A stretch of DNA of 64,000 nucleotides from an uncultured Methylomirabilota bacterium (GCA_963705305.1 OY970067.1:2816001-2880000), one strand, 5' to 3'. Positions 41,517 through 52,078 are shown, counted from the first letter of the stretch. Notes: a model not told the origin generated them from the sequence alone. Numbers and translations: made by a program.

Positions 41517-42404
41517 ATGGCACAGCGGGTATTCCAGGGGTCGATCGTCGCGCTGGTGACGCCGTTCCGGGACGGGAAGGTGGACGAGGTTGCGCTGAAG
41601 GCTCTGGTGGAATTCCAGATCCGCGGGGGGACCGACGCCATCGTCCCGTGCGGAACGACGGGGGAGTCCCCTACCCTGGACCACGAAGAGCATCGCCGGG
41701 TGATCGACCTGGTCATCCAGACGGCGAACAGGCGCGTCCCGGTCATCGCCGGGACCGGCTCCAACAGCACGGCCGAGGCCGTCAGCCTCACCCGGCACGC
41801 CAAGGCGTCGGGGGCGGACGCTGCCCTGATCGTCCTTCCCTACTACAACAAGCCGACCCAGAAGGGGCTGCTGGAGCACTGCCGCGCCATCGCGGATGCG
41901 GCGGACCTGCCCCTGATCCTGTACAACATCCCCGGCCGGACCGGGGTGAACATGCTGCCCGAGACGCTGGCGCAGCTGGCCGACCATCCCAATATCGTGG
42001 GGGTGAAGGAGGCCACGGGGAACCTGGAGCAGATGACGCAGGACATCGTCCTGTGCGGTAACAAGCTGAACTACCTGTCCGGCGACGACACGCTGACCCT
42101 GCCCCTCATGGCCGTGGGGGGGGGCGGGGTCATCTCCGTGGTCGCCAACATCGTCCCCCGGGATGTGGCGGACATGACCCACGCGTTCCTGGGCGGCGAC
42201 TGGAAGCGCGCGTGCGAGCTGCACCTCAAGCTGTTCCCGCTCTGCCAGGCCATGTTCTACGAGACGAATCCCATCCCTGTGAAGACCTCCCTGGCCATGA
42301 TGGGGCAGATCCGCGAGGAGTTCCGCCTGCCGCTCTGCGCCATGAGCGATGTTAACCGCAAGCGGCTGGAGGCGGCGCTCAGGAGCTACGGCCTTCTGGC
42401 GTGA
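41517..42404 (+). CDS. dapA: 4-hydroxy-tetrahydrodipicolinate synthase
   Basis: ALVTPF, GTTGESPTL, PYYNKP, YNIPGRT, GVKEA, SGDD, ETNPIPVK. Confidence 0.96.
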   Translation: MAQRVFQGSIVALVTPFRDGKVDEVALKALVEFQIRGGTDAIVPCGTTGESPTLDHEEHRRVIDLVIQTANRRVPVIAGTGSNSTAEAVSLTRHAKASGADAALIVLPYYNKPTQKGLLEHCRAIADAADLPLILYNIPGRTGVNMLPETLAQLADHPNIVGVKEATGNLEQMTQDIVLCGNKLNYLSGDDTLTLPLMAVGGGGVISVVANIVPRDVADMTHAFLGGDWKRACELHLKLFPLCQAMFYETNPIPVKTSLAMMGQIREEFRLPLCAMSDVNRKRLEAALRSYGLLA

Positions 42405-42447
42405 TGGCAGGCGGACAGGGCCTGGTGTGCAGGACGAGGAGGGCAAC

Positions 42448-43255
42448 ATGGCAATCAAGGCCGTGGTCGCGGGGGCGGCGGGGCGAATGGGCAGGCGCCT
42501 GATCGCCCTGCTGCGTGAGAGCGCGGACTTTCAGATCGTCGGGGCCGTGGAGCGGGCGGACCACGTGGACCTGGGGCGGGACGCGGGAGAGGTGGCCGGG
42601 GTGGGGCCGGTGGGTGTTCCGATTGTCGGGGGCGCCGAGGCGGCCCTCCACGGTGCCCAGGTTCTCCTGGACTTCACCGCCTCCGCCGCGGCCATGCGCC
42701 ACCTGGAGGCCGCCAGCCGGGCCGGAGTCGCCATGGTGCTGGGGACCACGGGTCTCGGCCAGCCGGACCTGGATCGGGCCCGCGACCTGTGCGCCCGGGT
42801 CGCCTGCGTGCAGTCGCCCAATATGAGCGTGGGGGTGAACGTCCTGTACGGCGTCCTGGCGCAGGTGGCCCGAACGCTGGGGGACGGCTACGACGTGGAG
42901 ATCATCGAGGCCCACCACCATTTCAAGAAGGATGCCCCCAGCGGCACCGCCGAGCGGATGGCCCAGGTCATCGCCAAGGCGCTGGGACGGGACCTCGGGG
43001 CGGTCGGGGTGTACGGGAGACACGGTCTGGTGGGGGAGCGGCCCCCGCGGGAGATCGCCGTCCACGCCGTCCGGGCCGGGGACATCGTGGGAGAGCACAC
43101 TATCATGTTCGGCGGGATGGGGGAGCGGATCGAGATCGTTCACCGCGCGCAGAGCCGGGACAACTTTGCGTGGGGGGCGCTGCGCGCGGCGCAGTGGGTG
43201 GTGGGGAAATCACCGGGCCTCTACGACATGCTGGACGTTCCTGGGGCTGAAATAG
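42448..43255 (+). CDS. dapB: 4-hydroxy-tetrahydrodipicolinate reductase (apparent +1 indel near 43239)
   Basis: GAAGRMG, DFT, GTTG, EAHHHFKKDAPSGTA, GDIVGEH; the canonical end LYDMLDVLGLK* needs one base removed. Confidence 0.9.
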
Positions 43256-43291
43256 GCGCCCCGGGCCGCGACACCTTCACAGGGAGCAGGC

Positions 43292-44470
43292 ATGGCTGGC
43301 TATCCGCAGGCCGCGAGATTGCAGGCACTCCCCCCGTACGTCTTCGCCGAGCTGGACCGGATGAAGCAAGAGCAGGTGAAGAAGGGGGTGGACGTCATCA
43401 GCCTGGGGATCGGGGACCCGGATCTTCCGACCCCGGCCCATATCATCCAGGCCCTGGCGGGGGCCGCCCAGGATCCCAAGAATCATCAGTATCCCTCCTA
43501 CGAGGGCATGGCGAGCTTCCGCCAGGCGGCGGCGGATTGGTATGGGGGCCGCTTCGGCGTGGCGCTGGATCCGGCCCACGAAGTGCTCGCGCTGATCGGG
43601 TCCAAGGAAGGCATCGGCCACTTCCCCCTGGCCTTCATCAATCCCGGGGACGTCGTGCTGGTCCCGGACCCCGCCTACCCCGTCTACCAGGCCGGCACGC
43701 TGTTCGCGGGGGGCGTTCCATACGCTATGCCCCTGACCCCGGCGCGCGACTTCCTTCCCGACCTGAAGGCGATCCCGCCGGAGGTCCTCAGCCGGGCGAA
43801 GATCCTCTGGCTGAATTACCCCAACAATCCCACCGGCGCAGTGGCTCCGCGGGCATTCCTGGCCGAGGCGGTGGCTTTTGCCCGGCAGCACGGGTTGATC
43901 CTAGCTCATGACGCCCCCTACTCCGAGGTCGCCTTCGACGGCTACCGGCCCGAGAGCGTTCTCAACATCCCGGGCGCCAAAGAGGTGGCCGTCGAGTTTC
44001 ACTCCCTCTCCAAGACCTACAACATGACCGGATGGCGGATCGGCTTTGCCGTCGGCGGGGCGGACCTCGTGGCGGCCCTCGGCCGGGTCAAGACCAATCT
44101 GGACTCCGGGGTCTTCCAGGCGGTGCAGCACGCCGGCATCGCGGCGCTGACCGGCCCCCAGCAGTGCGTGGCGGATAACTGCCGCATCTACGAGGAGCGG
44201 CGGGATGCCCTGGTGGCGGGGCTGCGGGAGATGGGGTTCGACGTCCGGCCGCCCAAGGCGACATTCTACCTGTGGTTCCCGGTGCCGACCGGCTTCACCT
44301 CCGGCAGCTTCTGCGCCGAGCTCTTGTTGAAGGCAGGGGTGGTGGTCACCCCGGGGAGCGGATTCGGCGCAGCCGGAGAGGGATTCGTGCGGGCGACCTT
44401 CACTGTCAGCGTGGCCCGCATCCGGGAGGCGGTGGAGCGAATACGGAAGCTGGGCGTCCGGGGGAATTGA
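43292..44470 (+). CDS. dapL: LL-diaminopimelate aminotransferase (class I/II PLP)
   Basis: LPPYVFA, LGIGDPD, GSKEG, NYPNNPTG, HSLSKTYNMTGWRIG; dap operon context. Confidence 0.85.
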   Translation: MAGYPQAARLQALPPYVFAELDRMKQEQVKKGVDVISLGIGDPDLPTPAHIIQALAGAAQDPKNHQYPSYEGMASFRQAAADWYGGRFGVALDPAHEVLALIGSKEGIGHFPLAFINPGDVVLVPDPAYPVYQAGTLFAGGVPYAMPLTPARDFLPDLKAIPPEVLSRAKILWLNYPNNPTGAVAPRAFLAEAVAFARQHGLILAHDAPYSEVAFDGYRPESVLNIPGAKEVAVEFHSLSKTYNMTGWRIGFAVGGADLVAALGRVKTNLDSGVFQAVQHAGIAALTGPQQCVADNCRIYEERRDALVAGLREMGFDVRPPKATFYLWFPVPTGFTSGSFCAELLLKAGVVVTPGSGFGAAGEGFVRATFTVSVARIREAVERIRKLGVRGN

Positions 44471-44542
44471 GGGCAGGCGTGGGGCCGCTCCGCGGTTCGG
44501 CAGTCTGGCCGGGCCGCCGGGCTGCCGAACAGGCGAGCCGCC

Positions 44543-44902
44543 ATGGTCGATCGCATTCAGCTGCACGGAATCCAGTTCTACGGGTACCACGGCGTCCACG
44601 ATGAGGAGCGCAAGCTCGGCCAGCGGTTCCTGGTGGATGTGGAGCTCCAGGTGAACCTCCAGCCCTTCGAGACAAGCGACGACCTGGCGGCCGGCGTGGA
44701 CTACAGCCAGGTCCACGCCGCGGTGCTGGAGATCGGGACGGGGGACCGGTTCCGGCTGATCGAGACCCTGGCGAACCGGATCGCCTCGACCCTCCTTCGG
44801 CGATTTCCTCCCATCCGGCAGGCCACGGTTCGGGTGACCAAGCCCGCCCCGCCCCTCCCCGGCATCCTGGCCGGCGTCTCGGTGGAGGTCACCCGGCCGT
44901 GA
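44543..44902 (+). CDS. folB: dihydroneopterin aldolase
   Basis: FYGYHGV..EERKLGQRF, VDYS, LIETLA, VTKP. Confidence 0.93.
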   Translation: MVDRIQLHGIQFYGYHGVHDEERKLGQRFLVDVELQVNLQPFETSDDLAAGVDYSQVHAAVLEIGTGDRFRLIETLANRIASTLLRRFPPIRQATVRVTKPAPPLPGILAGVSVEVTRP

Positions 44903-45399
44903 CGGGGCAGGCGTACATCGGGATCGGCTCGAACCTGGGCGACCGGCAGGCCAATTGCCGCGCGGCGGTGGAGGGGCTCGGCCGCCTGCCGGGCACCGTG
45001 GTGCCCCGTGTCTCGCCGCTGTACGAGACGGCGCCGCAAGAGGGGGCCGCGGGCGGCCCCTTTCTGAATGCGGTGGCGGCCATCGCGACCACGCTGACGC
45101 CCTACGGCCTGCTGGAGGGACTCCAGGGGCTGGAGGAGTCCCTGGGGCGATCCCGTCCGCATGCGCCCGGCGAGGCGCGGATCATCGATCTGGATCTCTT
45201 GCTGTACGATAACGTGGTGATTCACCAGCCGGATCTGGTGGTTCCGCATCCCCGGATGGCAAGGCGGAAGTTCGTCCTGGCTCCCCTGGCGGCCATCGCG
45301 CCGGAGGTTCGTCATCCCGTGCTCGAGCTGACGGCGGCCGAGCTATTGAACCGCCTCGATTCGGAGATCCTCCGGCCCGTGTCGGAGGTCCTGCGATGA
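44899..45399 (+). CDS. folK: HPPK (dihydropteridine pyrophosphokinase)
   Basis: IGIGSNLGD, SPLYET, FLNAV, RIIDLDLL, VPHPRM..RKFVL.PL. Confidence 0.94.
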   Translation: MTGQAYIGIGSNLGDRQANCRAAVEGLGRLPGTVVPRVSPLYETAPQEGAAGGPFLNAVAAIATTLTPYGLLEGLQGLEESLGRSRPHAPGEARIIDLDLLLYDNVVIHQPDLVVPHPRMARRKFVLAPLAAIAPEVRHPVLELTAAELLNRLDSEILRPVSEVLR

Positions 45400-46052
45400 T
45401 CGTGCAGAACTGCCCGCCTCGGTACATCGTGGTGGAGGGCCCCATCGGGGTCGGGAAGACCAGCCTGGCAGAGCGGGTGGCTGATCGGCTGGATGCCCGC
45501 ACGCTGCTGGAGGTCGCCGACGACAACCCGTTTCTCCCCCATTTCTACCGGGACCGGCGGCACTACGCATTCCAGGCGCAGCTCTGGTTCCTGCTCAACC
45601 GCTTCCGCCAGCAGCAAGAGCTGGCCCAGGCCGATCTGTTCCGCCAGACCCTCGTCAGTGACTACCTCTTCGCCAAGGACCGCATCTTCGCGTATCTCGC
45701 CCTGGAGGACCATGAGCTGGCGCTCTACGAGCGCGTCCACGCCCTGCTCCAGGTTCAGGTGCCGAAGCCGGACCTGGTGATCTTCCTGCAGGCCAGCAGC
45801 GAGGCGTTGCTGCAGCGGATCGCCCTGCGCGGAAAGCCGTACGAGAAGGAGATGGACCGCCGCTACCTGGAAGAGCTGAACGCCGCCTACGCGCACTTCT
45901 TCTTCCACTACACGGCGTCGCCCCTGCTGGTGGTGAACACCAGCGAGATCGACTTCGTGAACCGCACCGAGGACCTCGAGGATCTGGTCAAGGAGATCCG
46001 CGAGGTCCGGGCGGGCACGCACTACTACGTTCCGCTGGGGTCCCGCCGGTAG
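45396..46052 (+). CDS. deoxynucleoside kinase
   Basis: VEGPIGVGKT, NPFL..FY, QLWFL..R, KDRIFA, PDLVIFL. Confidence 0.9.
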   Translation: MIVQNCPPRYIVVEGPIGVGKTSLAERVADRLDARTLLEVADDNPFLPHFYRDRRHYAFQAQLWFLLNRFRQQQELAQADLFRQTLVSDYLFAKDRIFAYLALEDHELALYERVHALLQVQVPKPDLVIFLQASSEALLQRIALRGKPYEKEMDRRYLEELNAAYAHFFFHYTASPLLVVNTSEIDFVNRTEDLEDLVKEIREVRAGTHYYVPLGSRR

Positions 46053-46138
46053 GCGCCGGGGAATCGATCAGACCGCCGAAGACTGGCACACCCTTCGCCC
46101 CCGCGCGGGCCCGCGCCGGGGGAGCGGAAGGAGCACGC

Positions 46139-47008
46139 ATGGACATCATCCAGAGCGCGGCGCGGATGCAGCAGGTCGCCGAGGAGGCGCGCACCGCCGG
46201 GCGGTCGGTCGGCCTGGTCCCGACGATGGGGGCGCTGCACGCGGGCCATCTCAGCCTGCTGCACCGCTGCCGGGCTCAGAACGATGTGGTGGTGATGAGC
46301 CTGTTCGTGAACCCGACGCAGTTCGACCGGCCGGACGATCTGGTGCGCTACCCGCGAGACCCCGAGCGGGATGCGGAGCTGGCCCGCGAGGCCGGGGCCG
46401 ACATCATCTTCGCCCCCGCGGCGGACGGGATGTACCCGTGCGGGTATGCGACGTATATCGGGGTGGAGGGGCTCACGGCGCGCTGGGAAGGCGCGGCGCG
46501 GCCGGGCCACTTCCGCGGGGTCGCCACGGTCTGCACGAAGCTCTTCGCGATCTGCCGGCCTCATCGAGCCTACTTCGGGCAAAAGGACTACCAGCAGTCG
46601 CTGGTCGTCCGGCGCCTGGCCGCCGATCTGAACCTCGGCCTGGAGATCCTGGTCCTGCCGACGGTCCGCGAGCCGGACGGCCTGGCCCTCAGCTCTCGCA
46701 ACGTGCTGCTGAATCCGGAGGAGCGCCGGCAGGCGCGGGCCCTCTCGCAGGGCCTCTTCGCTGCCCGGGCGGCGGCGGAGCGCGGCGAGCGGGACGGCGG
46801 GGCCCTGACGCGAGCCATCGAGATTGAGATCGGGAAGGCGCCGCTGGCGGTCGTGGAGTACGTCGGGATCTGCGACGCGGACACGCTCGAGCCGCTGGAG
46901 CGGCTCGCCGACAAGGCCGTGGCCCTGGTGGCCGCCCGCTTCGGCTCGACCCGGCTCATCGACAACATCCTCCTGGAGGTGGGGCCGGGTGCGCGGAGTA
47001 GTGCGTAG
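46139..47008 (+). CDS. panC: pantoate-beta-alanine ligase
   Basis: VPTMGALHAGH, FVNPTQF, RPGHFRGV, FGQKDYQQ, GLALSSRN, RLIDN. Confidence 0.96.
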   Translation: MDIIQSAARMQQVAEEARTAGRSVGLVPTMGALHAGHLSLLHRCRAQNDVVVMSLFVNPTQFDRPDDLVRYPRDPERDAELAREAGADIIFAPAADGMYPCGYATYIGVEGLTARWEGAARPGHFRGVATVCTKLFAICRPHRAYFGQKDYQQSLVVRRLAADLNLGLEILVLPTVREPDGLALSSRNVLLNPEERRQARALSQGLFAARAAAERGERDGGALTRAIEIEIGKAPLAVVEYVGICDADTLEPLERLADKAVALVAARFGSTRLIDNILLEVGPGARSSA

Positions 47009-47361
47009 GGAATCTCTCGGCCTTCCGTTATCCTGCATCCCGGCTCTCGTGATGATACGCTCCAACGGAGTCAAGATGATCTTCCTTTACGCCGGCGAAC
47101 GCCGAGTTCCTAATCAGGGGGCAGTTCAAAGTCCGGCTCCTTGGCTCGGGGCATGAGCCGTTCCACTTCGCTCATCACCCTAAGCCGATCGAAGGACCAG
47201 TCTGGGGCCTTGCGTCGGACGCAGGAGTTCGCAAGAGTAGAGGTGCGCTGGGCGCATATATATATTGGAACCTCAACCATACCCGGGTGAGTAATCATCA
47301 CGGGATTTCTCCCCTCCCACAACTTTTTCCCCGCCTCCGTGTGTCGCCATGAACTGCGGCT

Positions 47362-47413
47362 TGCCAAAAGTATCCACTCGTATGGACCCCCTGGTTTGAC
47401 AGGCGGTTAGCCC
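47362..47413. repeat. 52-bp motif, copy 1
   Basis: Ungapped 39/52 match to 58587-58638, including exact TGCCAAAAGTATCCAC and GGTTAGCCC. Confidence 0.8.
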
Positions 47414-47592
47414 GACAAACGACGCCCCTGCGTGCCGGCCCCGGCCTTTCCTCGGCCGACCGAGCTTCCCTGCCGACCATCTCCGTTGTCCCCATAAATG
47501 CCTGTGTTTTCAAAAGATAGCGATGAAGGGTGCAGGTGCAGCCTGCGTCGGCACGATGCATGCCTATATTCCGGCTGAACATGGAGGGCAAG

Positions 47593-48048
47593 ATGCAATC
47601 ACCGGATGACAAGGCGGAGGCTCATCGACCCGGGCGGGTCCGCGTTTTGGTCGTCGATGACGATCCCGGACTCCGGGAGGCGATTCTGCGGGCCTTCCGG
47701 GAGCACGGGTACCAGGCGGCTGGAGCCGTGGACGGCATTCAGGCGATCCACCATCTCCAGCACGATCCGTTTGACGTGGTGGTCACGGACCTTCAGATGC
47801 CGCGCCTGGACGGCCTCGGCCTTATCCGGGAAGCCCGCCGGCTGGGATTCGGCCAGCCGATCGTGGTTCAGACGACCGTCCTGGACAACTCGCTGGAGGT
47901 TGTCCTCCGGTGGGCAGGGGCCTTCCGGGTGCTGGTGAAGGGTGGGCCATTCGGAGCGCTGCTCCGCGTGGTGGAGGAGGCGCGCCAGCTCACGCCGGCC
48001 GCCGCGGCCACGCTGCCGGGCGGATCGCCGCACTCGGGGCAGGCATGA
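47593..48048 (+). CDS. single-domain response regulator
   Basis: VLVVDDD, VVTDLQMPRLDG, VVQT, LVK. Confidence 0.8.
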   Translation: MQSPDDKAEAHRPGRVRVLVVDDDPGLREAILRAFREHGYQAAGAVDGIQAIHHLQHDPFDVVVTDLQMPRLDGLGLIREARRLGFGQPIVVQTTVLDNSLEVVLRWAGAFRVLVKGGPFGALLRVVEEARQLTPAAAATLPGGSPHSGQA

Positions 48049-48277
48049 GGGTGGAGGGGAATCACCGTGCTAGGATCGATGCCCCGCTGCCCTTCGGTCG
48101 GTCATCGGCTCGTGAGTGAGGCGGTTCAGGTAGAAAACACGATCCGGATCGGGGCGGCATACAAGACATCGCGCGGGTGACGGGAGTTCGGACGAGTGGT
48201 GTACGTGGGCAAGGCAGGCCGCATCAGGAGCGAAGCCGGGCGGTGAATTGCCGACCCGGCATCAAAGGAGGAAGGCA

Positions 48278-48844
48278 ATGCACGCTGGAAAGATGACTCT
48301 AATGATTCTGGCAGCCGGCGCGCTGGCGCTCGGGCTGGGAAGCGGGGCGGTCTTGGCGGCCACGGATGGCGCGATGACGCCGGGAACCGCCACGACCTCC
48401 GCCGTCAAGGCTTCGACGGATGCGAAGCCCGCAGTGACGAACGGGCAGCACTCGACCGAGGCAAGGGAATCAAAGGGCATGCAAACCACGGAGCGCGCCG
48501 CCGCCCGGCGGACCGCCGATCGGGAGGTGCGCGGGGTGGTCACGCACGTGGACCTCGGCTCGCATCCAAAGACCCTGGTGATGAACGCCACGCGTTTTGC
48601 GCTCGCCACGAACCCGAAAGCCGTGACCGATTACCCGGCACACGGGTCGAATGCGCTGGTCATCGGTGTGGATATCCTGCCGAGTAGCCGGATTGTACAA
48701 GGGAAGCGAGCGGTGGCGCTGTCCGCCGTCCGGGGAGGGGATGAGATCTGGATGAAGTACGACCGGACATCGGACCACCTGCGGGCGGATCAGATCCGGA
48801 TCGTCAAGCCGGCGACCAGCATGGCACGGGTAGAGAGCAAGTAG
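48278..48844 (+). CDS. hypothetical secreted protein
   Basis: AGGAGG RBS, signal peptide, low-complexity linker, beta-rich C-terminal domain. Confidence 0.7.
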   Translation: MHAGKMTLMILAAGALALGLGSGAVLAATDGAMTPGTATTSAVKASTDAKPAVTNGQHSTEARESKGMQTTERAAARRTADREVRGVVTHVDLGSHPKTLVMNATRFALATNPKAVTDYPAHGSNALVIGVDILPSSRIVQGKRAVALSAVRGGDEIWMKYDRTSDHLRADQIRIVKPATSMARVESK

Positions 48845-48904
48845 CCTTTCTGGCCTGTGGGCCGCGTACCTGGCGTGTGGCCCACAGGCCCCCTTCAGGG
48901 CGAG

Positions 48905-49498
48905 ATGGATGCGAGGAGACAGGGTTCCGACACGCGAAGCCGCCTGCGGTGGTGGGCCCTTTGGGGTCTCCTGACCGCCGCAGTGCTGGGGGCAGGGATC
49001 CTTCTCGCCGAGACGTTCGTGGTGCAGATCCTGACCGTGTCCTCCGGATCGATGCTGCCGACGCTCCGGCCCGGGGACTCGGTCCTCATCAATCGCTTGG
49101 CCTACGCGCTCTCGTCCCCGCAGCGGGGGGATATCATTGCCTTCCGCTTTCCGCGGGCGGCAGGGAGAGAATTTCTCAAGCGCGTCGTCGGGCTGCCGGG
49201 GGATGTCGTTGCGGAACTCGATGGACGGTTCTGGATCAACGGGGTTCCGCTGGGCGTCCTGCTGATGCGCGTCCCTCCCGTCCAGGACGACACGCCGCCG
49301 CTGAACTTGGCCCCCCGGCGGGTCCCGGCGAACCATCTGTATGTGCTGGGGGACAACCGGAATGCCAGCCTGGACAGCCGGTACTGGGGAATGGTGACCG
49401 AGCGCGATGTGATCGGAAAGGCCGTGGCGATCCCCTGGTCGGAGGGCAGGCACTGGTGGGACGTTCGGTGGGTCCGGGTAGGGCACCGGCTGCGCTGA
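48905..49498 (+). CDS. lepB: signal peptidase I
   Basis: SGSMLPTL, FLKRVVGLPGD, GDNRNASLDSRYWG. Confidence 0.88.
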   Translation: MDARRQGSDTRSRLRWWALWGLLTAAVLGAGILLAETFVVQILTVSSGSMLPTLRPGDSVLINRLAYALSSPQRGDIIAFRFPRAAGREFLKRVVGLPGDVVAELDGRFWINGVPLGVLLMRVPPVQDDTPPLNLAPRRVPANHLYVLGDNRNASLDSRYWGMVTERDVIGKAVAIPWSEGRHWWDVRWVRVGHRLR

Positions 49499-49647
49499 CC
49501 CGGTCAGGGGAGATGCGAGAGGCGGCAGGCAGCCCCGCCGGCCGGACGATGGGGCCGGCAACGTGAGAAGCGGCACGGAGCGATCTGTGGATTTTCCGGG
49601 CGTCCCGACCCGGGGCGCCAGGCCAACAACACGAAGGAGAGTGCGAG

Positions 49648-51102
49648 ATGCGAACAATACTGCTCAAGAAGCGATGGCTCTGGGTGGCAGCATTCCTGGT
49701 GCTCGGCGCCGGAGCCCTGTTCTGGTCGGTCAACAGCGTCACCGCCACGACGACCGCCCCGACCGACCTCTGGACCAACGGCACGGCCGTGGTTCCCAGC
49801 GTGTCCTCGGTGTGGGAAAAGGTGGCCAAGCAGGACCTGCCGGCGGTGGTCAACGTCAGCACGACTGCCGTGGTGAAGAACCCCATGGCCTCCGAGCTGG
49901 AGCAGTCCCCCTTCTTCCAACAGTTCTTCGGAAACGTTCCGCAGAACTACACGGAACACAGCCTCGGATCGGGCTTCATCATCCGCTCGGACGGCTACAT
50001 CGTGACGAATAACCACGTTGTGGACCATGCGACGAAGATCGTGGTGAAGCTCCCCGACGGGCGGTCGTTCCCGGCGAAGGTCGTCGGCCGGGACGCCCAG
50101 ACCGACATCGCCCTGCTGAAGATCGACGCCACAGGCCTCTCGATCGTCCCGCTGGGGGACTCCACCTCGCTCCAGATCGGCCAGCCGGTCATGGCCATCG
50201 GCAATCCTTTCGGCCTGAACGGGACGGTGACCACCGGGATCATCTCGGCCGAGGGCCGGGTCATCGGTGATTCGCCCTACGACAACTTCCTCCAGACCGA
50301 TGCGCCCATCAACCCGGGGAACTCCGGCGGTCCCCTGGTGAATGCCGCTGGCGAGGTGGTGGGGATCAATACCGCCATCATCTCCCAGTCCGGCGGCTCG
50401 GTAGGCATTGGCTTCGCCATTCCCATCCGCGAGGCCAAGGCGATCCTTCCCCAGCTGGCGGCCACCGGCCATGTGACCCGCGGGTGGCTGGGTGTCGGCA
50501 TCCAGCGGCTGACCCCGGAGCTGGCCAAGGCCATGCACCTCAGCTCGGACCAGGGCGTGCTCGTCTCGCAGGTGATGCCGGACTCCCCTGCGGCGAAGGC
50601 TGGCCTCCAGGCGGGCGATGTGATCGTGGAGTTTAACGGCCACAAGGTCAATCGAATGAGCGAGCTGCCGATGCTGGTGGCCGAGACTCCCATCGGCCAG
50701 CAGGCCAAGATCCAGGTGATCCGGAACGACAAGACCGTCGATCTCACAGCGCGGATCGCAGAGAAGGCGACGACCGAGCAGGTCGCCGAGAAGACGCCCC
50801 AGCGGGAGAAGCTGGGGCTCAGCGTCCAGCCGTTGACCCCAGCCCTGGCGAGCCAGCTCGGCCTGTCGGACCAGCATGGGCTGGTGGTGATGGCGGTCAA
50901 GGACGGCAGCCCGGCGGCGGACGCCGGCATTCAGACCGGCAACGTCATCGTCCAGGTGAACCGAAAGCCGGTGCAGGATATCCCCGAGCTGCGGGCGGCC
51001 CTGAAGGCCCAGGCCAAGGATAGCCCGACGCTGTTCCAGATCCACCGGAAAGACATAAACCTGTTCGTGGCCGTCCAGGCGTCGGGAACGGCCCGCGGGT
51101 GA
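49648..51102 (+). CDS. DegP/DegQ serine protease with two PDZ domains
   Basis: SLGSGFI, TNNHVV, DIALLK, QTDAPINPGNSGGPL, two PDZ domains. Confidence 0.94.
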   Translation: MRTILLKKRWLWVAAFLVLGAGALFWSVNSVTATTTAPTDLWTNGTAVVPSVSSVWEKVAKQDLPAVVNVSTTAVVKNPMASELEQSPFFQQFFGNVPQNYTEHSLGSGFIIRSDGYIVTNNHVVDHATKIVVKLPDGRSFPAKVVGRDAQTDIALLKIDATGLSIVPLGDSTSLQIGQPVMAIGNPFGLNGTVTTGIISAEGRVIGDSPYDNFLQTDAPINPGNSGGPLVNAAGEVVGINTAIISQSGGSVGIGFAIPIREAKAILPQLAATGHVTRGWLGVGIQRLTPELAKAMHLSSDQGVLVSQVMPDSPAAKAGLQAGDVIVEFNGHKVNRMSELPMLVAETPIGQQAKIQVIRNDKTVDLTARIAEKATTEQVAEKTPQREKLGLSVQPLTPALASQLGLSDQHGLVVMAVKDGSPAADAGIQTGNVIVQVNRKPVQDIPELRAALKAQAKDSPTLFQIHRKDINLFVAVQASGTARG

Positions 51103-51136
51103 GCCGGATGTGTTGCGTGAGGAGGCGACCGATCTC

Positions 51137-51613
51137 ATGAAGGAGCGCGATCTCATCGAAGGGCTGAATCGGGACTTGGCCCAGGAACTCGGGGCGATCT
51201 GCCGGGCGATCCAGCAGATCGCCCTGGCCCGGGGGACCGCGGGCCATGAGCTCCGGGTCCTGCTGAACGTCGAGATCATCGACGATGTATTCCACGCGCT
51301 GTTTCTGGCCGAGAAGATTGCAGCCTTGGGTGGGGTCCCCGCGGTCATGCCGGCGCCGTATCCGGAGAGCCTGGCGGATACCCGTGCCATGGTGGAGTAC
51401 GATCTGGCGGCGGAGCATCAGGCCATCCTGCAGTACACGGAGCGCCTCGAAGAGGCGGCGGCCTCGTGGGCCATCGGACTCAAAACCCGCCTCGAGCGGA
51501 TCCTGGCCGAGGAGGCCGCACACGAAAGCGGGCTCCGCCGCCTGCTGGAGAAGAGCCGGGCGGAGCGCGGGAAACCACCCAGGCAAAGGGACCTCGTGGA
51601 TCCCGCTGCATGA
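51137..51613 (+). CDS. ferritin/bacterioferritin-like protein
   Basis: LNRDLAQELGAI, DDVFHA, LGGVP, DLAAE..AI..Y, EEAAH. Confidence 0.75.
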   Translation: MKERDLIEGLNRDLAQELGAICRAIQQIALARGTAGHELRVLLNVEIIDDVFHALFLAEKIAALGGVPAVMPAPYPESLADTRAMVEYDLAAEHQAILQYTERLEEAAASWAIGLKTRLERILAEEAAHESGLRRLLEKSRAERGKPPRQRDLVDPAA

Positions 51614-52078
51614 AATACGCGGAGAGCGGAGATAGCTGTCGGCGCCGGGCTTCGGGAGTCGCCGGCGCGGCGGCCGCCGGGGCAGGGGAAGACGAGTCGG
51701 GATATGGGGGGGGCTTCGGTCCGTGGGGAACGAGCCGGGGCTCTTCACCGTTCTTCCCGAGGGCGCCCGGGTTCGGCTCTTCGTGCGCTCCCGCCACCCC
51801 GGCCCCTCGCTTCCGTGGGACGACGCCGACATGGTCTCTCCAGGCTTCTCTGCTCCTGCGACAGCCGCGGCGGCATCCGCTGCCGTACGGCTGCTCTCCC
51901 CGAGTGATCTGCGATTCCGCGAAGGATCCCCTGCTCCACGCCTCTGGATGTGGCATGTTGTGACAATGGAGGGGTGCTGCCTCGACTCTTGGATGAGGCA
52001 GGAACCAACCGCAACGCCTGTGGACGGAACCGGCGAGGCCGTCGGCCAAGAGAAGGGCCTGATGGTTTGAGAGGTCCC

